Assembly (NCBI GenBank): GCA_050331735.1
Contig: JBHJGN010000047.1
Location: 1 to 46,929, forward strand
Source: Cyanophyceae cyanobacterium
GTDB taxonomy: Bacteria; Cyanobacteriota; Cyanobacteriia; Cyanobacteriales; JBHJGN01
DNA: 46,929 nt
Direction of reading: 5' to 3'
The notes under the pieces were generated by a model. It did no database searches. It was not told the origin of the DNA and worked only from the letters and a program-made list of their open reading frames with translations. The position numbers and the translations under genes were made by a program. Below are positions 39,065 to 46,929 of the stretch, in pieces (position 1 is the first letter of the stretch; every line of letters starts with the position of its first letter).

Positions 39065-39971
39065 TATTTTGATTAACAATTACAACTACGGTCAATTTCT
39101 TGGAAAAGCAATTGACAGTGTTCTTTCTCAGTCCTATGCTCCTGTAGAAGTTGTGGTAGTTGACGATGGTTCGACAGACAACTCGCGGGACGTTATCAAT
39201 AGCTACGGCTCACAAATTATCCCTGTTCTCAAGGCAAATGGAGGACAGGCTTCTGCTTTCAATGCGGGGTTTATTGCCAGTCGTGGCGAAGTGATTTGCC
39301 TTCTAGATTCCGACGACTTTTTTCTAGAAGAAAAAGTGGCGGAGGTAGTAAAAATTTTCGAGGCTTACTCTGATGTTAGCTGGTGTTTTCACACCCTTGA
39401 ACTCGTCGATGTGACTACAGGAGAATTTCTTGGAAAAAGCCGTGAAAGAGAGTCGCGCCTATGTGATTTTAGAATTCACGCTCGGCGAGGCAAAGTCTAT
39501 TTTTATGCTCCGGCAACCTCGGGATTAAGTTTTAAAAGATCGCTGCTGCAAAAAATTTTGCCGATGGCCGAAAAAGAAGAAACCAAATTATGTGCTGATC
39601 GCTATGTTTCCTGTGCTGCTGTAGCAACTAGCCAGGGATTCTATCTCGATCAGGCGCTTGCCGTACAAGGAATTCATGGCAGTAACGGATTTAACTTCAA
39701 CCAAAATATTGATATAATAAGATCGCGGAGTGCCTTAGCAACTGCTTGTTCCTTGCGCGATAAGTTTCCGGAATTAATACGATATACAAATCGCGAGTTT
39801 GCTAATGGGCTCAGTGGACTTTGGAAAAGTGGAGAGATTGAGCCCCCATATACCCAGGCAATTAGCGAATATTGGTCTGCCCTTTCCCTGATTGAGAAGC
39901 TGGAAATTATTTTCTGGACAGCTTATCGTAGTATTCCTCGTAAGAGAACTGCTCGCCACCGAATGACTTAG
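39036..39971 (+). CDS. GT2 glycosyltransferase
   Basis: VSILINNYNYG, VDDGSTDNS, NGGQASAFNAG, LDSDD. Start TTG 39036 or GTG 39042; overlaps the wzx end. Confidence 0.92.
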   Translation: MSVEKQPTVSILINNYNYGQFLGKAIDSVLSQSYAPVEVVVVDDGSTDNSRDVINSYGSQIIPVLKANGGQASAFNAGFIASRGEVICLLDSDDFFLEEKVAEVVKIFEAYSDVSWCFHTLELVDVTTGEFLGKSRERESRLCDFRIHARRGKVYFYAPATSGLSFKRSLLQKILPMAEKEETKLCADRYVSCAAVATSQGFYLDQALAVQGIHGSNGFNFNQNIDIIRSRSALATACSLRDKFPELIRYTNREFANGLSGLWKSGEIEPPYTQAISEYWSALSLIEKLEIIFWTAYRSIPRKRTARHRMT

Positions 39972-39999
39972 AGAAAGAAAATCGGTCAAATCTGTAGCT

Positions 40000-40980
40000 A
40001 TGGAAGGTAAACCATTAGTTAGTATTATTGTTAACAACTACAACTACCAATATTTTTTGGCTGATGCGATTGACAGTGCTTTAGGGCAATCTTATTCTCC
40101 TATAGAGGTCATCGTCGTAGACGATGGCTCGACCGATAATTCGCGCCAGATTATTGCGAGCTATGGTAAACGCATTACTCCAGTTTTTAAGGAAAATGGC
40201 GGTCAAGCTTCTGCCTTCAATGCAGGTTTTGAAGCTAGTCGGGGAGAGATAATTTGTTTACTAGACGCTGATGACACTTTTTCAGAACATAAAGCAGAAG
40301 CAATTGTCCAGAGGTTTACTAGCAATCCTAGTGCCGGATGGTGTTTTCACCTTCTTATGCTAGTTGACGAGAGCACCAGAGCTATAATTGGAAAAACTAG
40401 TGCTTTTCCAAGCTGGAGTCCGATTAAGGTAGAGGATGAATACGATTTTAGGCCAAACATGAAGAGTGGAAAGCTACCTATTTATCATCCTCCTACTTCG
40501 GGTTTGTGCTTCAGGCGCTCTCTTCTGGAAAGAATACTTCCCATGCCGATAACCTTTATTAAAACGTCTGCAGACCACTACCTGCGCTGTGCAGCAACTT
40601 GGCTGAGTCCAGTATATATTTTGACTGAGACTTTAGCTTTTCAAAGGCTTCACGGTCAGAATGCTGCTACAAGTATCAATCATCACATCAAAAAGCATGC
40701 AAGGGGACTCGTGATCGCCTATCTTCTGCGAGTACAATTTCCTGGAATAGAGGAATTCTCCAACCGAATGTTTGCTAGAAACCTTGGCATCTATTGGACT
40801 ACCCCCTTGCCTGAGCCTGAGTATAGAATTGTTATCGAGAAGTATTTTGCTCTCACTTCGATTCTAGAGAGGAGTAATATTTATTTAAGAGCTATTTACT
40901 CCAGACTTCCTTTCCGGGAAAGGTATACCCATCAGCTATTTTCGGCAGATTCTAAAGTTGCTCTTCAGACAAAAGCTTGA
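40000..40980 (+). CDS. GT2 glycosyltransferase (paralog of the preceding gene)
   Basis: Same motif set: NNYNY, VDDGSTDNS, NGGQASAFNAG, LDADD, PTSGL.F.RSLL. Confidence 0.92.
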   Translation: MEGKPLVSIIVNNYNYQYFLADAIDSALGQSYSPIEVIVVDDGSTDNSRQIIASYGKRITPVFKENGGQASAFNAGFEASRGEIICLLDADDTFSEHKAEAIVQRFTSNPSAGWCFHLLMLVDESTRAIIGKTSAFPSWSPIKVEDEYDFRPNMKSGKLPIYHPPTSGLCFRRSLLERILPMPITFIKTSADHYLRCAATWLSPVYILTETLAFQRLHGQNAATSINHHIKKHARGLVIAYLLRVQFPGIEEFSNRMFARNLGIYWTTPLPEPEYRIVIEKYFALTSILERSNIYLRAIYSRLPFRERYTHQLFSADSKVALQTKA

Positions 40981-41028
40981 GAAGACGATCAATTGACCCT
41001 TGATGAAGCTGAGGATTAACGACCGCTA

Positions 41029-42468
41029 ATGGTAGACAAGTACATAGTTCCCTCCGATTCTTTGGCTAACCCCAAACAACCTCTTCGACGAAAGAGCGTG
41101 AAGAGGCTAAGGCTATTCTTAGGAATTGCCGTCGTACTCAATGCAGCTATCGGCGGCATCACCTTATTCCTCCTGCAATTATTAGCTCCGAGTTATATCA
41201 GTAAAGGAGCGGCAATTATTTCAGGTGTCGGTACTCAAGGATCTGTTGAACTCGCCGAACCAGGTATATCCTCAAGTTCTGGTCAGACGCCCTATGGCTA
41301 CTTATTAAAGGTCGACCCTCGCGAAAACTATCAGTTTGTTGCAGGAACAGAAGCTGTGCTTGCTAAAGCTGCCGCGGCGGTCGATATGTCTGTAGAAGAA
41401 TTTGGCGAACCAACTATCTGGTTGAATAAGGGAACGACAATTTTGGAGTTTGCCGTAGACGGAACGACTCCTGAAGAAGCACAGCAAAAAGCGTGGGCTT
41501 TCTACCAAGCATGGAGCGATCGCATTACTGACTTAAGAAACGATGAAGCCACACGCCAAAATAACAATATTGAACAAGAATTAACATCTGCCAGTCGCCA
41601 GCTTGAAACTGCTCAAGAGAAAATTTCTAATTTTAGAGGTCAATCTCCTCTAAAAATAGCTAGTCAAATCGATCAGCTCGCCAAACAGGTAGAAAATTTG
41701 AGGATTCAAAAAGCGAGTCTTCTCGTTGAGCAAGTGGGTTTTGAGTCGCGTTTTCGTCAACTTTCCAAGCAGCTCAACTTCTCCCCAGAACAGGCTGGGG
41801 ATGCCCTTATCCTGCTTGACGACAAGGTTTTTCAAAGTAGTTTGCAAAACTATAGCGAAGCGAGCGCTAACTTAGAAGTACTATCTTCTATCTGGTCTGC
41901 TAACAGTCCCCAAGTTTTGGCCGAACAGGACAAGCAAGAAAACGCTCAACAAGCTATGATTGAGCGCAGCCGAATTATTCTCGGCAAATCAGTCGACCTG
42001 CCATTTCTGGCTCAACTTGATTTAGGCGGCGGAGGACGGCGAGACCTGGTTGAAGAATTGGTGCGTCTGCAGGTCGAACAGGCAGCGACCACCACTCAAA
42101 TTCAAGCGACAGAAGGGCAAATTGAGCAATTTGAGTCGAGACTCAAGAAGCTGACCCAGGAACAATTTATTCTCAATCGCCTTGAACGAGAAGCACAAAT
42201 TTCCGAGTCGATTTTTGCCGAGGGACTAGCTAGACTTGATGTTGACAAACCGGACTATGCAACTTACTATCCACCGCTCCAGTTAGTAGAGGAGCCTATC
42301 CTACCACTAGATGAAGAAAATGGTTCTCAAACAAGAATAATTCTCCTTGGAGGCTTGGCTTTTGCAACTCTATCAACGACTGGATTGATCATGTTTTGGT
42401 GGGGAAGATCGCAGCAGGAGAATATTTTCTGTTATTCTTCAAGCTCCAATCACGAGGAGAAAGTTTAG
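41029..42468 (+). CDS. GumC/Wzc-like polysaccharide co-polymerase lacking a kinase domain
   Basis: N-terminal TM, long coiled coil, YPPLQLVEEP.LP then C-terminal TM; no Walker A. Confidence 0.8.
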   Translation: MVDKYIVPSDSLANPKQPLRRKSVKRLRLFLGIAVVLNAAIGGITLFLLQLLAPSYISKGAAIISGVGTQGSVELAEPGISSSSGQTPYGYLLKVDPRENYQFVAGTEAVLAKAAAAVDMSVEEFGEPTIWLNKGTTILEFAVDGTTPEEAQQKAWAFYQAWSDRITDLRNDEATRQNNNIEQELTSASRQLETAQEKISNFRGQSPLKIASQIDQLAKQVENLRIQKASLLVEQVGFESRFRQLSKQLNFSPEQAGDALILLDDKVFQSSLQNYSEASANLEVLSSIWSANSPQVLAEQDKQENAQQAMIERSRIILGKSVDLPFLAQLDLGGGGRRDLVEELVRLQVEQAATTTQIQATEGQIEQFESRLKKLTQEQFILNRLEREAQISESIFAEGLARLDVDKPDYATYYPPLQLVEEPILPLDEENGSQTRIILLGGLAFATLSTTGLIMFWWGRSQQENIFCYSSSSNHEEKV

Positions 42469-42482
42469 AGATCTGTTCGTTA

Positions 42483-43955
42483 ATGATTACGCAGATTCGC
42501 CAAGCCATAGTTTGTCCACTCATCTCATCCTACCGGCGGGCCCGGCGAGAGGGCCAATTAGCCTTCTGGATCATTAGTGCGATCGCGTTCTATACGCCAT
42601 TTGAAGACTGGATCGCTGCTTGGCTACCTGTTCCTGGACCTGTACGAACTCTAGTTCGCTTTGTTCCAGAAATATTGCTCTATTCAATCTTGGGGCAGAT
42701 TTGCTCTCAACGCATTCTAGAGGGCAGAGGACTAAGAAAAACTCCCATTGATATTCCGGTCTTCGCTATTTTTGTTTCTGCTTTTTTTTCAATTCTCTCC
42801 AGCGGTGCCTCTCTACCTGGAAGCATTGCTAACTTGAGAACAAACTGGCGCTACTTAGCTATTTACTATAGCCTAGTCAATCTTGATTTCTCTAATCTCC
42901 AGCTCAAAAACTTGCTCAAAAATCTCAAAATTGTCTTGATTATTCAAGGAGTAGTTGCCTCTCTCCAATTTTTTCTTCCCAACAGTTTCAATGTTCAGTT
43001 TGCTGCTGGAAATTGCAGCAAGGCTGATTCTAAGGGAGCTAGTTGCGGAACTTTCTTAGATAGTGCCGTTTTATCAGGGTTTTTAATCGTTGCCGCTATT
43101 GTTATTCTTACTAGCCTGTACGTAAGCTCTAGCGAACTGATTCCTAGTTTGAAAGCGCTTGCCAGTGTAGTGACTATCTACTTTGGAGTGTTTGCCTCCA
43201 AGAAACGAGCTGCCTTGTTTGTCGCTCTCGTGATTCCGTTGCTCGTTCTTCTCTTCCTCAGAAGGCGAAGAAATCTCATGATAGCCCTGTGGTGGTCAGC
43301 GGCCATTGCTATCGTGTTTTTTTTCGTGCTGTCCTCTATCCAGATTTCTCCTGTTTTTGGTGGTTATGCTAATGCTGAAGGTGGAGACCCCTCGGATCTC
43401 GTCTCCTACTTCGGCACAATTTTTACCAAAGAATACTGGAACCAGACTTTAGCAAGTTCCCGCGGTTGGGCAATTGTCGTGACCATCAATGCCTTAATCA
43501 AATCTGGGAGATGGTGGTTTGGGTTTGGTCCTGAACTGGGTTCAGTGCAAAGGGGAATCGAGATATTTCTTAATCCAGACGATCAAGCTCAACTTCAGCG
43601 TAATCTGTACGTTTTTGACGATCCCTACTGGTTCGCCATAACGGCCTATTTCGGAATTGTTGGTTTACTTCTCTATTGGGTTGTTCTCTGGCAGCTTCAT
43701 CGAGCTTCCCGACAAGTTGTACGCGCCGCCTCATCGGAGGAAGAAAAAGCATCAGGAGCTATCTTGCAGTCACTAACAGTGATTGCCTTTCTCTATTCTT
43801 TTGTCGAACGCTTGTTTAGAATCAGACCTTTCAGCTTTTACTTTTGGCTCTTTGCTGGGTTAGCCATAAACTATTATTGTCGTCAGCGGGAACAGCGTAA
43901 AATGACAAGTTATTCCATCAACAAACACTCCTTATCAGAAGAAAGCTTTGATTAA
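42483..43955 (+). CDS. Wzy/O-antigen ligase-like polymerase
   Basis: About 11 TM helices; GTF, SKKRAA, SSRG..WWFGFGP..D.YW..YFGIVG pattern. ATG 42483 preferred. Confidence 0.72.
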   Translation: MITQIRQAIVCPLISSYRRARREGQLAFWIISAIAFYTPFEDWIAAWLPVPGPVRTLVRFVPEILLYSILGQICSQRILEGRGLRKTPIDIPVFAIFVSAFFSILSSGASLPGSIANLRTNWRYLAIYYSLVNLDFSNLQLKNLLKNLKIVLIIQGVVASLQFFLPNSFNVQFAAGNCSKADSKGASCGTFLDSAVLSGFLIVAAIVILTSLYVSSSELIPSLKALASVVTIYFGVFASKKRAALFVALVIPLLVLLFLRRRRNLMIALWWSAAIAIVFFFVLSSIQISPVFGGYANAEGGDPSDLVSYFGTIFTKEYWNQTLASSRGWAIVVTINALIKSGRWWFGFGPELGSVQRGIEIFLNPDDQAQLQRNLYVFDDPYWFAITAYFGIVGLLLYWVVLWQLHRASRQVVRAASSEEEKASGAILQSLTVIAFLYSFVERLFRIRPFSFYFWLFAGLAINYYCRQREQRKMTSYSINKHSLSEESFD

Positions 43956-44134
43956 AAACATTTATCGAATTGAGCAGACTTTTAATGGCAGTATTTCTAA
44001 TTTCTCGGCGGAACTGAGGACCAACTCCCTTTCACCTAGTAGCCATTCTTAGAAGGAATACGGCATTATCAGCGCCGGCAATAATTATCGGCTCTGTATT
44101 AGCATTTTAGATTACCAATCACTAGTATGTCGTT

Positions 44135-45172
44135 ATGAATCTACCTATTTTGCCAAAATCTTCCTCCAAAGAACGGCTTATTTTTGTAGTAGGAAATTCT
44201 CGCAGTGGAACAACCCTGCTCGGAAAAATATTAGGATTAAACCCAGACGTTTTCACCTTTGAAGAACTCCATTTCTTTGAAAAATTGTGGACCTCCAAAA
44301 GGAATGAGCCATTAGTCTCTCGAAAACAGGCTGAGCAGCTAGCTGCTCGTTTGTTGTCTATTCAAGACGAAGACTTCATTAGTCAGAAGAATTCTGATCT
44401 TTTTCTAAAGGAAGCTAAAAATCTTGTAGATAAAATTCCTCATAAAGAAATAGATTCTGTAGAAGTTTTTAAAACCTTTCTCCTATATTTAACTACAAAG
44501 AATGGTAAAAGCATTCCCTGTGAGCAAACTCCTCGTAATATTTTCTATGTTACGGAAATTCTTGATTTTTATCCAGAAAGCCGCATCATTAATATGATTC
44601 GCGACCCACGGGATGTGCTGCTTTCGCAGAAATATAAATGGAGATTAAGATCGCTGGGTGCTACAAATATTCCTCGCCGTGAAGCTGTTCGTTCCTGGTG
44701 CAATTATCATCCAGTTACTATATCAAAGCTTTGGAATGCTTCAGTCAATGCAGCCAATAAATTTTCTGAACACCCGCGGGTTAACACAATTAAATTTGAA
44801 GATCTAGTCGCTAATCCTCAGAAAATAGTGCAAGAAATATGTAATTTTCTTGAAATAGAGTATCAAAAAGAGATGCTTGAAGTAGCACAGAATTCATCTC
44901 ACAAGAAACGGAATAGAGAACGTAAGGGGATAGATGCAAATGCAGTAGGTAGATGGAAAAATGGAGAGCTTTCTAACACCGAAATTTTTATTTGTCAGAA
45001 GATAACACATAGTAATATGGATAGGTATAATTATCCTAGCCATCTTTCTCGACCTAGTACGTTAAGCCTCAGCTTAAGTTATCTTTTCTTGCCAACAAAG
45101 CTGATGCTAGCTCTTATGCTTAATCTTCGTCGAAGCCAGAACATAGTAAATGCGATTAAAAGACGACTTTAA
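44135..45172 (+). CDS. PAPS-dependent sulfotransferase
   Basis: 5'-PSB FVVGNSRSGTTLL, EQTP, 3'-PB IRDPRDVLLS, KFEDLV..P, GRWK. Confidence 0.92.
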   Translation: MNLPILPKSSSKERLIFVVGNSRSGTTLLGKILGLNPDVFTFEELHFFEKLWTSKRNEPLVSRKQAEQLAARLLSIQDEDFISQKNSDLFLKEAKNLVDKIPHKEIDSVEVFKTFLLYLTTKNGKSIPCEQTPRNIFYVTEILDFYPESRIINMIRDPRDVLLSQKYKWRLRSLGATNIPRREAVRSWCNYHPVTISKLWNASVNAANKFSEHPRVNTIKFEDLVANPQKIVQEICNFLEIEYQKEMLEVAQNSSHKKRNRERKGIDANAVGRWKNGELSNTEIFICQKITHSNMDRYNYPSHLSRPSTLSLSLSYLFLPTKLMLALMLNLRRSQNIVNAIKRRL

Positions 45173-45281
45173 AAAATTGAAAGCTTTAAAACCAAATTCT
45201 TTAGCCTTAGTCTCTGTTGACGTTATTCAAACTTGGCAAAACGAAGCTCAGTAAATGTATACTTTTTAAAAGCTGTTATCA

Positions 45282-46274
45282 ATGGTTGCTCAATTAAGTT
45301 GGTTATATGTTAAAACACGACCCTACAAGGCTCTGTCTCGCTTACTGAGCTATGCTTTATTTGAAGGAAGACCAGTAACAACAAAAGGTCGCTGGATTAA
45401 TCCCTTTCTGTTTGCACTACTTAACGTAGAGAAGACAATTCCAGCTTTAAAAAAGGTTGAAAAACCAATTTTTATTGTTGGTACAGGTCGGAGTGGCAGT
45501 ACTCTCTTAGGTTTGATTTTATCTCTTCATCCTCAAATTGGCTTTCTTAATGAACCGAAAGCCCTGTGGCATGCCATCTATCCACAGGAGGATCTAACCG
45601 GTAGCTATAGTCAAAAAAATGCGTATTACTCCTTAACAGAAGCAGAGATAAACGATGAAGTCCGTCAGACAGCTCATCGTTTGTACAGCTTCTATTTAAG
45701 TCTGACCGGTTCTAAAAGAGTACTTGACAAGTATCCAGAAATGATATTTAGAGTTTCTTTCGTTAAAGAAATATTTCCAGACGCAAAACTTATTTTCCTG
45801 GTGCGCAATGGGTGGAATACCTGTCAATCCATTGCTAAATGGTCAGAGCGCTTCGGTAAATTTGAGAACGGTGCCACATCAGACTGGTGGGGGGTAAATG
45901 ACCGTAAGTGGAAATTACTTGTTGAGCAATTAGTTAATACCCATCCGGATTTTCGAGTGATAAAAGAAGAAGTCAGTAAGCTTGATTCTCATGTTGATAA
46001 AGGAGCGGTCGAATGGATATTAACCATGCAACAGGGACTTGAAGCTATGCAAGAAACTCATCACAGTATTTATCAGCTTCGTTACGAAGAACTGACGCTG
46101 GATCCGGCTAGAAGCTTAACAGAGGTTTTAGAATTTTGTCAGCTACCGTATGACCAGAAAATGATTAATTTTGCCTGTCAAACGATTACACCTACTGGTC
46201 CTTCTCGTCCTGTGCCGTTAAACCCCATCCTTCTTCCCAGCTTTGAAGCAACGATGCATCAGTTAGGTTACTAA
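45282..46274 (+). CDS. PAPS-dependent sulfotransferase
   Basis: PIFIVGTGRSGSTLL, NEP, DKYP, LVRNG, RYEEL..P, C-terminal LGY. Confidence 0.92.
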   Translation: MVAQLSWLYVKTRPYKALSRLLSYALFEGRPVTTKGRWINPFLFALLNVEKTIPALKKVEKPIFIVGTGRSGSTLLGLILSLHPQIGFLNEPKALWHAIYPQEDLTGSYSQKNAYYSLTEAEINDEVRQTAHRLYSFYLSLTGSKRVLDKYPEMIFRVSFVKEIFPDAKLIFLVRNGWNTCQSIAKWSERFGKFENGATSDWWGVNDRKWKLLVEQLVNTHPDFRVIKEEVSKLDSHVDKGAVEWILTMQQGLEAMQETHHSIYQLRYEELTLDPARSLTEVLEFCQLPYDQKMINFACQTITPTGPSRPVPLNPILLPSFEATMHQLGY

Positions 46275-46276
46275 GA

Positions 46277-46779
46277 AACCTGAGTTCGGGTTAAACTGAA
46301 TGAGGCAAAGCCCAATCAAAACGGAGGGAAGGCTTCTTCGGTTGATGACAGTAGGCAATTAAGCCACATAAAACGTTAACCAGGAAATTGACGGGACTAC
46401 GATGACGAGAATGTTCAATCTGAGAAATGTTTTTGAGCTGATCGATCATCGTTTCAATAATCGAGCGTTTCCGGGCTAAGAGCTTGTCCGTCAGACGCAT
46501 CAAGCGATTCTTCCTGTTGCGTCGCGGTTTAGCAAAAAACTGAAGCTTCAACTCTTGAAACAACTGAGTGGCGAGTTTTTGAGACACATAGCCTCGGTCA
46601 GCAAAAACTTTACCAAACAGGCAACGGAGCAAATCAGGAACGGGCTGACGGTCATCAACGTTTCCTGGAGTCAGTTGAAAGTTAAGCAGTTCCCCGTACT
46701 CATTGACGACTAAGTGTAATTTGAAGCCAAAGAACCAGTCCACGGAGGTTTTGCCTCTAGCAGCAAGATTCTTGAAGAC
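46277..46779 (-). mobile_element. 3' part of an IS982-family element with right terminal IR
   Basis: AACCTGAGTTCGGGTTA (46277-46293) resembles IS982 termini and overlaps the transposase stop; inserted 2-3 nt after the sulfotransferase stop. Confidence 0.85.
46291..46779 (-). pseudogene. IS982-family DDE transposase, 5'-truncated or interrupted
   Basis: VFKNLAARGKTSVDWFFGFKLHL, GNVDDR, ADRGYVS, RSIIET, EHSRHRS; the in-frame match ends at about 46779. Confidence 0.9.
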
Positions 46780-46790
46780 GGGGTAAAACT

Positions 46791-46929
46791 GTTGAACTAA
46801 GCCGGACAGTCACCTATCCGACTCGTCTGCAAAACGGAGCATGAACCTTTCGATTCACTCCGCTCCTCGGTAAGACAGCCCTTGTCATGAGTACCAGTAT
46901 TGTTCACCAGAATCCGAAAATCGTTTCTA
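46791..46929 (-). mobile_element. 3' end of a group II intron (domains V and VI), continuing beyond the right edge
   Basis: Minus strand 34-nt DV GAGCGGAG-TGAATC-GAAA-GGTTCA-TG-CTCCGTTT (46865-46832; AGC triad, GNRA loop, 2-nt bulge), then DVI stem GAGTCGGATAG..CTGTCCGGCTT with bulged A, ending GTTCAAC at 46791. Confidence 0.9.
46797..46928 (-). CDS. C-terminal tail of the group II intron-encoded RT/maturase (partial)
   Basis: Open frame RNDFRILVNNTGTHDKGCLTEERSESKGSCSVLQTSRIGDCPA* runs through DV/DVI, as cyanobacterial IEP tails often do; RT motifs are outside the window. Confidence 0.65.
   Translation of the reverse strand, partial: RNDFRILVNNTGTHDKGCLTEERSESKGSCSVLQTSRIGDCPA

Noticed and set aside
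293..43752. Many short overlapping or antisense ORFs in the track (e.g. 293-640, 969-1367, 10096-10395, 22866-23270, 28266-28706, 38596-38961)
   Set aside because: They are shadows of well-supported genes with no recognisable motifs. The similar pair 25637-25852 and 26003-26185 only mirrors the coding duplication.
1..46929. CRISPR array, tRNA or rRNA genes
   Set aside because: No regularly spaced 25-40 nt repeats, cas genes, cloverleaf or rRNA signatures were seen.

Overview
Cyanobacterial chromosomal window, judged from abundant HIP1 GCGATCGC, heptamer intergenic repeats and a group 2 sigma factor. A mobile element is cut off at each edge. At the left is the 3' end of an IS200/IS605 tnpB with its right-end hairpin (omega-RNA scaffold), 12 nt before an hpnB-like gene. 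At the right is an IS982 transposase 3' fragment joined, through an unexplained 11-nt linker, to the 3' end (domains V and VI plus IEP tail) of a group II intron that the ORF track misses. The left half (about 0.15-22.5 kb) is HIP1-rich core-type DNA: hpnB-like GT2, a phosphorylase, two c-di-GMP enzymes, sat, a Tat-exported pseudo-orthocaspase, cobO, sigB-like sigma factor, HerA, an epoxide hydrolase-like enzyme, an RcnA-like transporter and several unknowns. The right half (about 22.5-46.3 kb) is HIP1-poor. It carries a 2114-aa propeller/cadherin/Calx-beta/malectin protein, a clan GH-A lipoprotein, a GT-C-like membrane protein and a Wzx/Wzy polysaccharide cluster with two sulfotransferases. 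Its intergenic regions share a tandem CGTA-N4-TACG motif. The best candidate for an undescribed system is this sulfated-EPS plus lectin-adhesin plus hydrolase island and its putative regulatory motif. All assignments come from motif recognition by eye; no database searches were run.
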